The notes beneath the pieces are model-generated. The model made no database searches, was not told the DNA's origin, and saw nothing but the letters and a program-made list of their open reading frames with translations. This document shows positions 29,766 to 41,356 of a stretch of 64,000 nt of DNA, one piece after another. A program made the translations under genes and the position numbers. Origin of the DNA: an uncultured virus (IMG/VR IMGVR_UViG_3300031834_000003) (Duplodnaviria > Heunggongvirae > Uroviricota > Caudoviricetes). The stretch lies in IMG/VR virus record IMGVR_UViG_3300031834_000003. One strand, written 5' to 3'. The stretch's first letter is position 1, and each line of letters opens with the position of its first letter.

Positions 29766-30208
29766 TGACCATGGTAAATAAGATTGCTGAACTTATTAGA
29801 CAGAAGAAAGAGGAGGGACATTTCGTATTTCTTTGTGGTAATGGTGGGAGTGCTGCGAATGCTGAGCACTTTACAAATGACCTCTTTAATCGAGGTGTGA
29901 AAGCGCTCTGTCTCAATAGCAATACTTCTATCGTGACTATGATAGCGAATGACTTCGGCTATTCCTATGTATTTGAGAAGCAATTACAGACATTCTGTCA
30001 TCCGAATGACCTGTTAATTCTTTTCACTGCGAGTGGAAAGTCGGAGAACCTGTTGTATGCAGTTGGCTATTGTGTGACAGTAGCTATTACTGGCAAGAAT
30101 GGTTTTGCCAAAGATATAGATTACATCCTGAAGGTAGACTCAGCCGAGCCTGGAATTATAGAGAGCAAGCACCTTCAGATAGCTCACATTATTACGGATT
30201 TGATATGA
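29762..30208 (+). CDS. gmhA: Phosphoheptose isomerase (SIS domain)
   Basis: CGNGGSAANAEH, TMIANDFGYSYVF, SGKSENL, ESKHLQIAH. Confidence 0.85.
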   Translation: MMTMVNKIAELIRQKKEEGHFVFLCGNGGSAANAEHFTNDLFNRGVKALCLNSNTSIVTMIANDFGYSYVFEKQLQTFCHPNDLLILFTASGKSENLLYAVGYCVTVAITGKNGFAKDIDYILKVDSAEPGIIESKHLQIAHIITDLI

Positions 30209-30210
30209 GC

Positions 30211-30441
30211 CTACTCCAGAATAATCCAATCTGTACCAGACAGGTCCCCATCGGTGACAATGAGGTCATAAAACTTCCCATCCGGTTTGTGGATTTTGAC
30301 ATGCGTATCAACGATTTGGAGAAAGTATTCAGCGTTTCCCCATTCCAATCTGGTGACTTTCTTTTGAGCAAGAAGTTCACGAACACTCTGAGGAAAGTCA
30401 AAGGTTACTTGCATTTGTGCTGGAACTGGACTAGTAGCCAT
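30211..30441 (-). CDS. DUF2829/Tad2-like small protein
   Basis: GGAGG RBS before ATG at 30441; 'F…L…KKVTRLEW…DLSGTDWIILE' pattern. Confidence 0.55.
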   Translation of the reverse strand: MATSPVPAQMQVTFDFPQSVRELLAQKKVTRLEWGNAEYFLQIVDTHVKIHKPDGKFYDLIVTDGDLSGTDWIILE

Positions 30442-30478
30442 TTTTTTGCCTCCATTCATATTATACCTGGAGTTTTGA

Positions 30479-32065
30479 ATGATTGACCTGAGTGTGCTCA
30501 TTCCCAGTCGTAATGAAATGTTTTTGTCTAGGACTATTCAGGATATTCTAGAACATTCTGAGAGTGAGATTGAGATTATTGCTGTGTTAGATGGTGCCTG
30601 GGCAGTGCCTGGTGTTCCTGTTGACCCTCGAGTAACAATCATTCATCATCCCGAGAGTGTTGGGCAACGGGCTGCTACGAATGAGGCTGCTCGAGTATCA
30701 CGAGGTAAGTACCTCATGAAGTGTGATGCTCACTGTGCTTTTGACCAGGGCTTTGATAGAGTGCTATTAGCAGATATAGAGCCTGATATGACTATTGTGC
30801 CAGTCATGAGAAACTTACATGCCTTTGACTGGGTATGTCCTGAGGGACATCGGCGCTATCAGGGTCCATCAGGTCCATGTAAAGAGTGTGGTAAAGAGAC
30901 TGTACGAGATGTGGTTTGGATTGCTAAACCCAGTCCTCAGAGCACTGCTTACCGGTTCGATAAAGATATGCATTTCCAGTACTGGCCTGAGTTGAAGAAG
31001 CGCCAGAAGGGTGACCTTGTAGAAACCATGTCCTTACAGGGTAGTTGCTTCATGGTGCCTCGTGAGACCTATTTTGAGCTCGACTTATGTGATGAGGCTC
31101 ATGGTTCGTGGGGACAGCAGGGTGTTGAAGTAGCCTGTAAGACCTGGTTGAGTGGACGCAGGGTTATTGTGGATAAGAATACATGGTATGCTCATATGTT
31201 TAGGACACAAGGTGGCGATTTTGGATTTCCTTATCCTCAATCGGGAAAGCAGGTAGGTAGAGCTCGTGAGTACTCACGTGATTTATGGATGAATAATAAG
31301 TGGGATAAGGCTGTTCATCCTCTGTCCTGGCTACTTGAGAAGTTTGCACCGGTTCCTGATTGGACACCAGTAGAACCAGAAAGGTCGTGGGGTGTAGTCT
31401 ATTACACAGATAATAATCTTGACCCGGAAATTATGCTCAAGTGCCAGCGTCAGCTAAAGAGGAGTATTGGCAATCATCCTCTAGTTTCGGTCTCTTTGAA
31501 ACCAATAGACTTTGGTGACAATATATGTATGGACCTCGAGGCTGGACCTGTTGCCATGTTCAAGCAAATTCTAGCTGGGGTAGAGCGATTGAAGACTGAT
31601 TATATCTTCTTCGCTGAGCACGATGTTCTTTATAATTCTACTCACTTCGATTTTTTTCCAGTGCAAGAAAATATCTTTTACTATAACGAGAATGTTTGGA
31701 AAGTGAGGATGAGTGATGGACATGGACTTCACTATGACTGCCAGCAACTCAGTGGTTTATGTGCTGAGCGGGACTTATTACTCACCCATTACAGGAAACG
31801 TATTGCACTCGCTGAAGAGAAGGGATTCTCCAGAGCTATGGGTTTTGAACCTGGAACACATGGGCGTGAGGAGCGAGTTGACGACTACAAGGCTGAGAGT
31901 TGGAAATCAGACGTGCCAATCCTAGACCTTCGGCACGATAAAAATCAGACTTCATCTCGATGGACTAAAGAAGAATTTAGAAATAAGAAGTTTACCGAAG
32001 GCTGGGAAGAGAAAGATAATATTCCTGGTTGGGGTCACATATGGCATTGGTGGAAACGGATATAA
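30479..32065 (+). CDS. Two-domain glycosyltransferase (GT2 plus second GT-A-like domain)
   Basis: N-domain is paralogous to 24855 and 27067, with a CxxC insert. C-domain has YIFFAEHDVLY. Confidence 0.8.
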   Translation: MIDLSVLIPSRNEMFLSRTIQDILEHSESEIEIIAVLDGAWAVPGVPVDPRVTIIHHPESVGQRAATNEAARVSRGKYLMKCDAHCAFDQGFDRVLLADIEPDMTIVPVMRNLHAFDWVCPEGHRRYQGPSGPCKECGKETVRDVVWIAKPSPQSTAYRFDKDMHFQYWPELKKRQKGDLVETMSLQGSCFMVPRETYFELDLCDEAHGSWGQQGVEVACKTWLSGRRVIVDKNTWYAHMFRTQGGDFGFPYPQSGKQVGRAREYSRDLWMNNKWDKAVHPLSWLLEKFAPVPDWTPVEPERSWGVVYYTDNNLDPEIMLKCQRQLKRSIGNHPLVSVSLKPIDFGDNICMDLEAGPVAMFKQILAGVERLKTDYIFFAEHDVLYNSTHFDFFPVQENIFYYNENVWKVRMSDGHGLHYDCQQLSGLCAERDLLLTHYRKRIALAEEKGFSRAMGFEPGTHGREERVDDYKAESWKSDVPILDLRHDKNQTSSRWTKEEFRNKKFTEGWEEKDNIPGWGHIWHWWKRI

Positions 32066-32068
32066 ACT

Positions 32069-35000
32069 ATGACTATAGACAGAGAAGTATCAACAACACC
32101 GGGTGGTATTGTTGATAATAATGCCACCTTAGCAAATCTGTCAGTAAGTCGAGTTGCGGCTAATTTAGAGATTGGTGATGTTGTTATTCTATGTGTAGCG
32201 AGATATTCTGCGACTGCCGACCTTCCAGTTTCTAGTGATTGCACAAGAGTAAGTGGGGCTACAGTTGGGGCAATCACATTAGATAAAGTTACTGATAATA
32301 ATGTTACTGGTACAGAACATCTTTATTCCTGTATATGGCGTATCCCGATTACATCATCTGATTCATTAGTTCTTCAAGTAGTGGGGGTAGCGGGTAATTA
32401 TTGGTCTTGGGGTGTAATTATTTATCATCCAACTACATCTTTAGTATTGGAGGATAGTAATATAGGGACTGGAGAGGATGGTGCACCCACAACTGCAAAT
32501 GCTTCATCAGCAGGTGCAGCACAGTTCGTTGGTTCATCGGCTTATTATACTTCTGGTGTTACTACTATTACTCCAGATGCAGCATGGACGGAAATAAGTG
32601 AAGAAGAAAATGGTAGTGCCCATATGTGTGGGTCATTTATTGACCGAACTGTGGCATCTACAACTACTGATGCGGCTTCATGGACAGCCCCAACAGAAAA
32701 TGCTTGGGCTGCTGCTATAGCAGTATATAGTGAACCCGGTGGAGTTGTTCCTAGTGATTCTATTTCTCCATCCGCTAGTATTTCTCCAACTCCATCTTCT
32801 AGTGTGAGTAGGTCTACATCTCCTTCTGCGTCCAGGTCTGCATCCCCATCTCTTTCTCCATCTAAGTCTGCATCGATGTCTGTTAGTCCTTCAGCATCTA
32901 AGTCTGCGTCCCCTTCTGCTTCTAAATCTTTATCTCCATCAGCTTCAGTTTCTAGGTCTGTATCTCCTAGTGCTTCCAGGTCTGCATCCCCTTCAAGTTC
33001 GCCAAGTGCTTCTAAATCGCTTTCTCCATCATCTTCAGTATCACCAAGTGCCAGTGCTAGTGTATCCCCAAGTGCTAGTCCTAGCTCTTCCCCCAGTGCA
33101 AGTGCTAGTTTATCTCCCAGTACTTCAGTTTCAGCATCAACTAGTCCATCAGATTCTCCGAGTGCGAGTATGTCTCTCTCACTCTCGGCATCTGTATCAT
33201 CTTCAGTTAGTCCGAGTGGTTCTGCGAGTGTAAGCCCTAGTATAAGTCCATCAGAAAGTCCTAGCCTATCTCCATCAGCTAGTGAGTCTCCTTCTGTAAG
33301 CGTTAGTGTGTCTTCATCGGTTTCTCCAAGTGTATCTCCGTCAGTTAGTTTATCTGAATCTCCGAGCGCATCTGTTTCTCCCAGTGTGTCATTATCAGAA
33401 AGTCCATCTGAATCTCCTAGTATATCTTTATCAACTAGTCCTAGCGAATCTCCTTCAGCCTCGCCTAGCTTGTCACCTTCTGAAAGTATTAGTCCCAGTG
33501 AGTCTCCTAGTATTAGCTTATCGGTTTCTCCTAGTGTTTCGGTCAGTACAAGTCCTTCTGAGTCGCCTAGTGTATCTTTATCTGAAAGTCCTTCAGCCTC
33601 AATTAGTTCCTCAGAGAGTCCTAGTGTATCCGTTTCTGAGTCTCCCTCTGTTAGTACTTGGACCAGTTCATCGGTTAGTCCGAGTGAGAGTGCATCAGAG
33701 TCTTCAAGCGCAAGTCTTAGTGTATCTCTATCTGTTTCGCCTAGCACATCTTCATCTAAAAGTTCTTCTACCAGTCCTTCTGTGTCTCCCTCAGAGAGTG
33801 CTTCTGTAAGTCCGTCGGTTTCACCTTCCGCATCAGCTTCAGTTAGTTTATCTATTTCCCCGAGTGCTAGTGTATCTATAAGTGTTAGTCCTTCGGTATC
33901 CCCGAGTGCTTCTTCCAGTGTATCTCCCTCTGCTAGTATGTCCATTTCTCCTAGCAGTTCTGTCTCTCCATCGGTATCACCCAGTGTAAGTCGTTCAGTT
34001 TCTCCGAGTGCTAGTGCTTCGGTAAGCCCATCAGAAAGCCCTAGTGTTAGCTTATCAATTTCACCAAGCGCTTCTGTGTCCGTGTCTGTTTCTCCTAGCG
34101 TATCACCTTCAGTAAGCCCATCTGTTAGCTTGTCGGCATCTCCCAGTACCTCACCTTCTGTAAGCTTGAGCGTGAGTCCTTCTGCGAGTGTGAGTATAAG
34201 CACCTCGCCTAGTGGCTCTGCTTCTACCAGTCCTAGTGTGTCACCTTCGGTATCTGTTTCTATTAGTCCATCAGTGAGTTTGTCTGTGTCTCCAAGTGCT
34301 AGTATCTCACCCAGTGTGTCTCTAAGCGTGAGTCCTAGTGTAAGTCCATCATCTAGCCAAAGCTTATCTCCATCAGCCAGCGTAAGTATTAGTACCAGTC
34401 CATCTGTCTCTCCATCAGGTAGTGCTTCAGCAAGTCCTTCTGTTTCTCCATCGGCTTCTGCTTCAGTGAGCTTGTCCATTTCTCCGAGTGCAAGCATATC
34501 TATAAGTGTTAGCCCTTCAGTATCTAGGAGTGTGTCTGTTTCTGTTTCAATGTCAGTAAGTCCTTCGCTTTCACCAAGCACCTCGGTATCACCAAGTGTA
34601 TCTGTTAGTGTTAGTCCCTCAGTTTCACCAAGTAGTAGTGCCTCAGCTAGTCCCTCAGCCAGCCCTTCGGTTTCTCCTTCTCTAAGCCCAAGTGCTAGTG
34701 TGAGCATCTCGGTTAGTCCTAGTGGGTCTGCTAGTGCTTCTCTATCAGTCTCCCCATCGGCTTCAGCTAGTTCTTCACCCTCAGTAAGTCCTTCTGCTTC
34801 AGCTTCTGCTAGTCCCTCTGTATCACCTTCTGTTTCTCCATCAGTAAGTCTCTCGGTGTCTCCAAGTGCGAGTGTATCTCTTAGTACAAGTCCATCTGCT
34901 AGTGGGTCCGCGAGTCCTTCTGAGTCACCTAGTGTTTCACTATCTATCAGTCCCTCGGCTTCAGTAAGTCCGTCCGGGTCTGCTAGTGTGAGCCCCAGTG

Positions 35001-38000
35001 TAAGTCCTTCAGTAAGTTTATCGATAAGTCCATCGGTCTCACCCAGTGTGAGCCCTTCAATATCCCCTTCTGCTAGTGTCTCAATTTCTATAAGTCCAAG
35101 TGTTTCTCCCTCGGTATCTTCTAGCATTTCGCTTTCTATCAGTCCTTCTGCATCAGTTAGTTCTAGTGTATCTCTTAGCATTAGTCCCTCGGTATCTGTA
35201 AGTGTGAGTCCGAGCGCTAGTGCTAGTGCTTCCCCTTCTTCCTCACCTAGCTTGTCTCCATCCTCGAGTGTGAGCCCTAGTAGTTCAGCTAGTATAAGTC
35301 CATCAGCATCAGCAAGTACGTCTCCATCTATTAGTTCCTCGATATCTATTAGTGTATCTCCGTCTAGCAGTGCAAGCTTAAGCCCTAGTAAGAGTACAAG
35401 CCCTTCGGTTAGTGTGAGTGCTTCTCCGAGTGTATCTCCTAGTGCTAGTTCTTCAGCCAGTCCATCTCTTAGTCCATCGATGAGTATCTCGCCTTCAGGT
35501 AGTGCTAGTGTTAGTCCTTCTACATCCCCGAGTGAGAGTGTAAGTGTTAGCCCGAGCGTGAGTGTATCTATTAGTCTGAGTATCTCTCCTTCAGGGAGTA
35601 CTAGTTCAAGTGAATCGCCTAGTGTTTCTCCCTCTGTTTCTGTGTCTGATAGTCCTTCGGTTTCACCAAGTGTTTCAGTTTCTGTGAGTCTTTCTATATC
35701 TCCAAGTAGCTCTGTATCTCCTTCAGAAAGTCTTAGTGCTTCACCTTCAGCTAGTTCATCTAGTTCACCAAGCATAAGTATATCGGTTAGTCCAAGCGTT
35801 TCAGTTTCAGTTTCCCTTAGTGAAAGTCCTTCTGTTAGTCTCAGTGTTTCTCCGTCTAGCAGTGTATCTCCCAGTTCCTCGGCTAGTGTGTCACCATCAG
35901 TATCTCCCTCGAGCAGTGCTTCTGCATCACCAAGCGCATCAGCTTCAGTAAGTTTGTCTGTGTCCCCGAGCGCTTCTGTATCGCTTTCTGATAGTCCTAG
36001 CAGTTCAGCATCGACCAGTCCATCTAGTTCTCCTAGTGTGAGTTTGTCAATTAGTCCTTCGGTGTCTGTGTCTGTTAGTGCTAGTATCTCTCCATCTGCT
36101 AGTGCTTCAGTGTCTCCGAGTGTTAGTCCTTCGATATCTCCATCAGTCTCGGTGTCCCCTTCTGCTAGTGCGAGTGCATCACCTTCGGCTAGTCTATCTG
36201 TCAGTCCCTCGGTGTCGCCAAGCATCTCACCTTCAGTTAGTCTAAGTGTGAGCCCTTCAGCCAGTGTGAGTGTGAGTACTTCGCCTAGTGCTTCTGCATC
36301 AATTAGCCCGAGCATATCACCCTCAGTATCAATCAGTGTAAGTCCATCAGTGAGCCTGTCTGTGTCTCCCAGCGCTTCGGTCTCAATCTCGGTATCCCCC
36401 AGTGTGAGTCCAAGTGCTAGTCTATCTGTTTCGCCTTCTGTATCTCTTAGTGTTAGTCCTTCAGCGAGCATTAGCCCTTCGGCAAGCGCTTCGGTCTCTC
36501 CTAGTGTATCTATCTCAGTAAGTCCATCTGTTAGTGTGTCGATATCACCTTCAGAGAGTTTATCTGTTTCACCCAGTAGTAGTATTAGTCCCTCTGGGAG
36601 TGCAAGCGCTAGTCCCTCTGTATCAGCTTCAGTGAGTATTAGCATAAGCCCTAGCGTTTCTCCAAGCGAGAGCGTATCTGTGTCTCTTAGTGAGAGCTTA
36701 TCAGTTTCTCCATCCTCTTCTATAAGTCCAAGTGAGTCAGTATCAGTATCTCCAAGTGCTTCGTTATCTATATCACCTTCCGAAAGTGTTTCTATCTCAC
36801 CATCTGAGAGCTTATCTATTTCACCAAGTAGTAGTGTAAGTTCTTCGGAAAGTGTTAGTGTTTCTCCTTCAGTGTCTACTTCAGTTAGTATTAGTGTTAG
36901 TCCTTCAGAGAGTTCGAGTGGAAGTGCATCTATATCTCCGAGTGTTAGTCTATCTATTTCTCCCTCGGCGTCAGTGTCAATATCAATTAGTCCTAGTGTA
37001 TCTTTATCGATTAGTCCAAGTGCTTCGGTTAGTATAAGCGTCTCACCAAGCGTTTCTCCTAGCGAATCGCTTAGTTTCTCGCCTTCTATAAGCGTTTCTG
37101 TCAGTCCTAGTGGCTCCGCAAGCGCCAGTCCTAGTGTCAGTCCCAGTGTAAGCTTATCAGTAAGCCCTAGTTCTAGTGTGTCACCTTCAGCTAGTCCATC
37201 TGAGTCTTTGTCTGTATCGCCCTCGATTTCTCCCTCGGTTAGTATGTCTGTCAGTCCTTCTGTCAGTCTTTCAATCTCTCCGAGTACTTCAGTTAGTCCC
37301 TCTGAGAGTTCGAGTGTGAGTAGCTCTGTATCACCATCTATCTCACCTAGTGTCTCAGCATCTGTATCACCTTCTGAAAGTCCTTCAGCCTCACCATCAT
37401 TATCACCTAGTGGTTCCTGGTCACCTGGCAGCACTTCTGATTCTGTATCAGTCAGTCCTTCCTGGTCCCCAAGTGCTTCTGTAAGTCAGTCGGAAAGTCC
37501 GAGTGAGAGTGTTAGTATCTCGCCTTCTGTATCTTTGAGTGTGTCTTCCTCAGAGTCTGTGTCTGTTAGCCCTTCAGTTAGTTCCTCGGAAAGTTCTTCT
37601 GTAAGTCCGAGCCAATCATTATCTGTTAGCCCATCAGCTTCTGTTAGTCCCAGCGAAAGTCCTTCGATATCATTATCCATCAGTCCATCAACTTCTATTT
37701 CACCCAGTGTGTCTCCATCTGAGAGCCTGAGTATTTCACCCTCGAAGAGTATCTCAGTCTCAGTTAGTCCCAGCGAGAGTTTGTCTCTGTCTCCATCAAC
37801 TAGTGAGAGTGTGAGTGTTAGTCCATCTGTATCTCAATCAATATCTCCAAGCACTTCTGTTAGTGCTTCAGCAAGTCCAAGTGTATCAATCTCTGTATCA
37901 CCCTCAGAGAGTTTGAGTGTAAGTCCTTCTGTTTCTCCATCCGAGAGCGTCTCTATCAGTCCCAGTGAAAGTATGAGTATCAGTCCATCCTGGTCTGTCA

Positions 38001-40576
38001 GTCCCTCGGAGAGTGTTTCAATAAGTCCAAGCGAGTCTCTCTCTATCTCGCCAAGTATGTCTGTAAGCTTGTCAATCAGTCCAAGCGCTTCAGTGAGTAT
38101 ATCTATAAGTCCATCAGGAAGTGCTAGTACCTCCCCCAGCGTATCGCCCTCAGTGTCATTGAGCATCTCTCCTAGCAGTTCAGAGAGTGTATCCGTTAGC
38201 CCATCAGAGAGCCTGAGTATATCTCCTTCTGCTTCAGAGAGTGCATCCGAAAGTCCTAGTGTATCTGTCTCTGAGTCGCCTTCTGTCAGTACCTGGACTA
38301 GCTCCTCGGTAAGTGTAAGTGTAAGTCCTTCCGAGAGTCCCAGTGAGAGTGTCTCTGTATCCGAAAGTGTATCTCCCAGCGAGAGTGTGAGTATCAGTCC
38401 CTCTGTTAGCTTGAGTGTCAGTCCGTCAACTAGCATTAGTCCTTCGGTCTCTCTGTCAGTATCTTTGTCGGTCTCACCCTCAGCTAGTGTAAGTCCAAGC
38501 GAAAGTCTATCGTTCAGCCCATCTATCAGCCCGAGCGAATCGCTTAGTATTAGTCCGAGTTCAAGCGTTTCCCCCAGTGTTTCGCTTAGTTTCAGCCCGA
38601 GTGAAAGCGTTAGTGTAAGTCCCTCAGAAAGTTTGAGTGTGTCTCCATCTAGTAGTGCTAGTCTTTCTCCATCAGCTAGTGTGAGTATTTCTATTAGTTC
38701 CTCGGTATCACCATCGCAGAGTGTTTCTATTAGTCCCTCTGTAAGTATGTCTGTCTCCCCATCCGAGAGCCTTTCAATTTCTCCTAGCTTTAGTGTTTCT
38801 CCATCAGCCAGTTCTTCAGAAAGTCCATCAGCTAGTGCCTCTGTTTCACCCAGTGAGTCATTATCTATTAGCCCTTCGTTCTCTGTTAGTCCCTCTGAGT
38901 CAGTCAGTGAGTCTCCCTCTGCATCTCCATCCGAGAGTGTATCAGTTAGCCCGAGCGAAAGTTTGTCTGAAAGTCCATCGTTATCTCCAAGTAGTTCCTG
39001 GTCTCCTGGTAGTGCCTCTGGGTCCGTGTCTGTTAGTCCTTCTCTCTCACCAAGCGAGTCTGTTAGTCAGTCGGTGTCACCCTCAGAGTCTTTATCTATA
39101 TCACCTTCTACATCGGTCAGTGTTAGTGAAAGTCCTAGCGCTTCACCATCCGAGAGTATCTCAATTTCTCCCAGTGTCTCTCCAAGTGAGAGTAGTTCTA
39201 CGAGTCCTTCAGCGAGTGCCTCAGTATCACTTTCTGTCAGTCCGAGTTCTTCAGTAAGTTCCAGTGAGTCTGTTAGCTTTAGTCCCTCTGAGTCTCCTAG
39301 CATTTCTCCTTCTGTTAGTTTGAGTGTCAGTGCTAGTGTAAGTCCCTCGGAGAGTGCATCAGAGTCGCCAAGCGAGTCTCCTTCGGAAAGCATATCAGTT
39401 TCACCATCTGAGTCTGTATCTGTATCGGTGTCAGAGTCTCCATCTGTTAGTTCTTCAGTGAGCTTATCTGAAAGCTTATCGTTATCTCCCTCGTTTTCTA
39501 TTTCATTATCTATCTCCCCATCGGCTTCTGAAAGTCTGTCTGAGTCACCTTCTGTTTCTTTATCGATTAGTGTGTCGGAAAGTCCATCAGTTAGCCTCTC
39601 GGTTTCTCCAAGTTCTTCCGTAAGTCCTAGTAGTTCTGCATCAATATCTCCTAGTGTAAGTCCCTCGATATCACCTAGCATTTCTCTATCTGCTAGTGCT
39701 TCTATATCATTATCTATCAGTCCGAGTGCATCTGAGAGTTTGAGTATTTCTCCGAGTGAAAGCAGTTCTATTTCTCCTAGCGCATCGGCTTCTGTAAGTC
39801 CAAGTGAAAGTGCTAGTGAGAGTCCATCTGAAAGTGTGTCGTTTAGTCCGAGCGAGTCGCCTTCAGTGTCCTTGAGCGTAAGCCCCTCGGCTAGTGTATC
39901 GCCTTCAGTTAGTAGCTCTGAGAGTCCCAGTGTTTCAATCTCTGTGAGCCGGTCTGTGTCTCCCTCTGTATCTTCCAGTGAGAGTTTGTCTATCAGTCCT
40001 AGCTCCAGTGTGAGTGGGTCTGTTAGTCTCTCGATGTCTCCCAGCTTGTCTCCCTCAATGAGTGTATCTGAGAGTGTAAGTCCGTCTGGTTCAGTTAGCG
40101 TTTCCGTGTCTCCATCCGAGAGCTTGTCGCTATCTCCATCATCCTCGGTGTCTCCTAGTGAGTCTGCATCAGAGAGTCTCTCTGTAAGTCCTAGTGTATC
40201 AGCCTCAGAGAGCTTGTCTATCTCGCCATCAGCTTCAGATTCTGTATCAGTAAGTCCTAGTGAGAGTAGGAGTATGTCTCCGTCGGTGAGTGTTAGCTTA
40301 TCACCCTCGGTATCAGTGAGCTTCAGTCCGTCGGCGTCTCCTAGCACATCATTGTCTTTTTGCCCTAGTGTCAGTCCTTCGGTAAGTAAAAGTATTAGTC
40401 CATCATTCAGTGTGTCTGCATCTATTAGTCCGAGCGCCAGTCTAAGTCCATCACTTAGCTTTTCTCCATCAGTGTCACCAAGTATGTCTAGAAGTATCTC
40501 TCCAAGTGCTGGTGTGAAAACTACTGAGGTCTTATTCAGAGGCATGTTCCGAGGCATGGAAAGAAAAATGAGATGA
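32069..40576 (+). CDS. Giant Ser/Pro-rich repeat (mucin/SRRP-like) putative virion protein
   Basis: 2835 aa: a ~225-aa globular N-domain, ~2580 aa of (S-x)n/SPS repeats, and a short basic C-tail ([14 protein letters not shown]). Confidence 0.8.
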   Translation: MTIDREVSTTPGGIVDNNATLANLSVSRVAANLEIGDVVILCVARYSATADLPVSSDCTRVSGATVGAITLDKVTDNNVTGTEHLYSCIWRIPITSSDSLVLQVVGVAGNYWSWGVIIYHPTTSLVLEDSNIGTGEDGAPTTANASSAGAAQFVGSSAYYTSGVTTITPDAAWTEISEEENGSAHMCGSFIDRTVASTTTDAASWTAPTENAWAAAIAVYSEPGGVVPSDSISPSASISPTPSSSVSRSTSPSASRSASPSLSPSKSASMSVSPSASKSASPSASKSLSPSASVSRSVSPSASRSASPSSSPSASKSLSPSSSVSPSASASVSPSASPSSSPSASASLSPSTSVSASTSPSDSPSASMSLSLSASVSSSVSPSGSASVSPSISPSESPSLSPSASESPSVSVSVSSSVSPSVSPSVSLSESPSASVSPSVSLSESPSESPSISLSTSPSESPSASPSLSPSESISPSESPSISLSVSPSVSVSTSPSESPSVSLSESPSASISSSESPSVSVSESPSVSTWTSSSVSPSESASESSSASLSVSLSVSPSTSSSKSSSTSPSVSPSESASVSPSVSPSASASVSLSISPSASVSISVSPSVSPSASSSVSPSASMSISPSSSVSPSVSPSVSRSVSPSASASVSPSESPSVSLSISPSASVSVSVSPSVSPSVSPSVSLSASPSTSPSVSLSVSPSASVSISTSPSGSASTSPSVSPSVSVSISPSVSLSVSPSASISPSVSLSVSPSVSPSSSQSLSPSASVSISTSPSVSPSGSASASPSVSPSASASVSLSISPSASISISVSPSVSRSVSVSVSMSVSPSLSPSTSVSPSVSVSVSPSVSPSSSASASPSASPSVSPSLSPSASVSISVSPSGSASASLSVSPSASASSSPSVSPSASASASPSVSPSVSPSVSLSVSPSASVSLSTSPSASGSASPSESPSVSLSISPSASVSPSGSASVSPSVSPSVSLSISPSVSPSVSPSISPSASVSISISPSVSPSVSSSISLSISPSASVSSSVSLSISPSVSVSVSPSASASASPSSSPSLSPSSSVSPSSSASISPSASASTSPSISSSISISVSPSSSASLSPSKSTSPSVSVSASPSVSPSASSSASPSLSPSMSISPSGSASVSPSTSPSESVSVSPSVSVSISLSISPSGSTSSSESPSVSPSVSVSDSPSVSPSVSVSVSLSISPSSSVSPSESLSASPSASSSSSPSISISVSPSVSVSVSLSESPSVSLSVSPSSSVSPSSSASVSPSVSPSSSASASPSASASVSLSVSPSASVSLSDSPSSSASTSPSSSPSVSLSISPSVSVSVSASISPSASASVSPSVSPSISPSVSVSPSASASASPSASLSVSPSVSPSISPSVSLSVSPSASVSVSTSPSASASISPSISPSVSISVSPSVSLSVSPSASVSISVSPSVSPSASLSVSPSVSLSVSPSASISPSASASVSPSVSISVSPSVSVSISPSESLSVSPSSSISPSGSASASPSVSASVSISISPSVSPSESVSVSLSESLSVSPSSSISPSESVSVSPSASLSISPSESVSISPSESLSISPSSSVSSSESVSVSPSVSTSVSISVSPSESSSGSASISPSVSLSISPSASVSISISPSVSLSISPSASVSISVSPSVSPSESLSFSPSISVSVSPSGSASASPSVSPSVSLSVSPSSSVSPSASPSESLSVSPSISPSVSMSVSPSVSLSISPSTSVSPSESSSVSSSVSPSISPSVSASVSPSESPSASPSLSPSGSWSPGSTSDSVSVSPSWSPSASVSQSESPSESVSISPSVSLSVSSSESVSVSPSVSSSESSSVSPSQSLSVSPSASVSPSESPSISLSISPSTSISPSVSPSESLSISPSKSISVSVSPSESLSLSPSTSESVSVSPSVSQSISPSTSVSASASPSVSISVSPSESLSVSPSVSPSESVSISPSESMSISPSWSVSPSESVSISPSESLSISPSMSVSLSISPSASVSISISPSGSASTSPSVSPSVSLSISPSSSESVSVSPSESLSISPSASESASESPSVSVSESPSVSTWTSSSVSVSVSPSESPSESVSVSESVSPSESVSISPSVSLSVSPSTSISPSVSLSVSLSVSPSASVSPSESLSFSPSISPSESLSISPSSSVSPSVSLSFSPSESVSVSPSESLSVSPSSSASLSPSASVSISISSSVSPSQSVSISPSVSMSVSPSESLSISPSFSVSPSASSSESPSASASVSPSESLSISPSFSVSPSESVSESPSASPSESVSVSPSESLSESPSLSPSSSWSPGSASGSVSVSPSLSPSESVSQSVSPSESLSISPSTSVSVSESPSASPSESISISPSVSPSESSSTSPSASASVSLSVSPSSSVSSSESVSFSPSESPSISPSVSLSVSASVSPSESASESPSESPSESISVSPSESVSVSVSESPSVSSSVSLSESLSLSPSFSISLSISPSASESLSESPSVSLSISVSESPSVSLSVSPSSSVSPSSSASISPSVSPSISPSISLSASASISLSISPSASESLSISPSESSSISPSASASVSPSESASESPSESVSFSPSESPSVSLSVSPSASVSPSVSSSESPSVSISVSRSVSPSVSSSESLSISPSSSVSGSVSLSMSPSLSPSMSVSESVSPSGSVSVSVSPSESLSLSPSSSVSPSESASESLSVSPSVSASESLSISPSASDSVSVSPSESRSMSPSVSVSLSPSVSVSFSPSASPSTSLSFCPSVSPSVSKSISPSFSVSASISPSASLSPSLSFSPSVSPSMSRSISPSAGVKTTEVLFRGMFRGMERKMR
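32750..40510 (+). repeat. Coding low-complexity repeat (S-P-S-V/A/I/E-S)
   Basis: Serine at almost every second residue, encoded by mixed TCN/AGY codons. Confidence 0.95.
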
Positions 40577-40586
40577 GAGGTGTCTA

Positions 40587-41348
40587 ATGTATCAATGGTA
40601 TACGAACTACCCAAATGTAATTGAGTTTGTTATGGTTGACTCAGATAATATCGAGGTGCCTGGTTTAGGTGCTGGGTTCTCAATTGAATTGGCTAAGCCT
40701 GGTGGTCTCTTTATTCCTGGTGTAGGAACAAAGTCCGAGATAGGCAATGGTTGGTATCGCTATGCGTCTACTGTAGCAGAGTCTAATCTGGCTGGGAATA
40801 TCTCCATCCGTGTTACCGGTGCTGGTTGTCTTCAGCAAAATCTAATAGCTATTTGTGCCGATACAACTGGACAGCAGGTATGGCAGTATACAGAGACTGG
40901 CAGAATACTGACCATGACTCCCGACTCTATCCAGGCTGCTATTGGAGGTAGGGATATCACTATCATCCGTGGAGATACAATCCTGGTTGAGATTACGGCA
41001 CTGGGTTCGCTGGTTGGTTTCACCTCGCTTGACTTCACTGTGAAGACTGCTAAGTCATTGCCTGATACCTCTGCCATACTGCGCTTTAGAAAGAATGCTT
41101 CTGGTGTTGGTGATGGTTTGCTACGATTGAATAAGGCTGCACCAACTGACCCAACTTGGGGACAGTTAAGAGTTGATGACCCTGTAGCTGGTAATATTAG
41201 CATCTTCCTCAGTCAGGTTGCCAGTCTTACTCTGGCACCAGACCACGACTGTTACTATGATATCCAGATGATTATCGGTTCAAATGTGTATACTAAACGA
41301 GAAGGCATCTTTGCAATCACTGAGGATGTTACTCGAGCAGTAGTATAG
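40587..41348 (+). CDS. Putative virion structural protein (BppU-like C-terminal domain)
   Basis: 'DITIIRGDT…FTVK…YYDIQM…EGIFAITEDVTR' resembles baseplate upper-protein N-domains. Confidence 0.5.
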   Translation: MYQWYTNYPNVIEFVMVDSDNIEVPGLGAGFSIELAKPGGLFIPGVGTKSEIGNGWYRYASTVAESNLAGNISIRVTGAGCLQQNLIAICADTTGQQVWQYTETGRILTMTPDSIQAAIGGRDITIIRGDTILVEITALGSLVGFTSLDFTVKTAKSLPDTSAILRFRKNASGVGDGLLRLNKAAPTDPTWGQLRVDDPVAGNISIFLSQVASLTLAPDHDCYYDIQMIIGSNVYTKREGIFAITEDVTRAVV

Positions 41349-41356
41349 GAGGTACT

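Noticed and set aside
32545..40614. Very long - strand ORFs (1629, 200 and 515 aa) rich in L/G/E/T/D
   Set aside because: These are antisense shadows of the Ser/Pro repeat gene, whose codons rarely create stops on the reverse strand. The + strand ORF has the globular N-domain and fits the operon.
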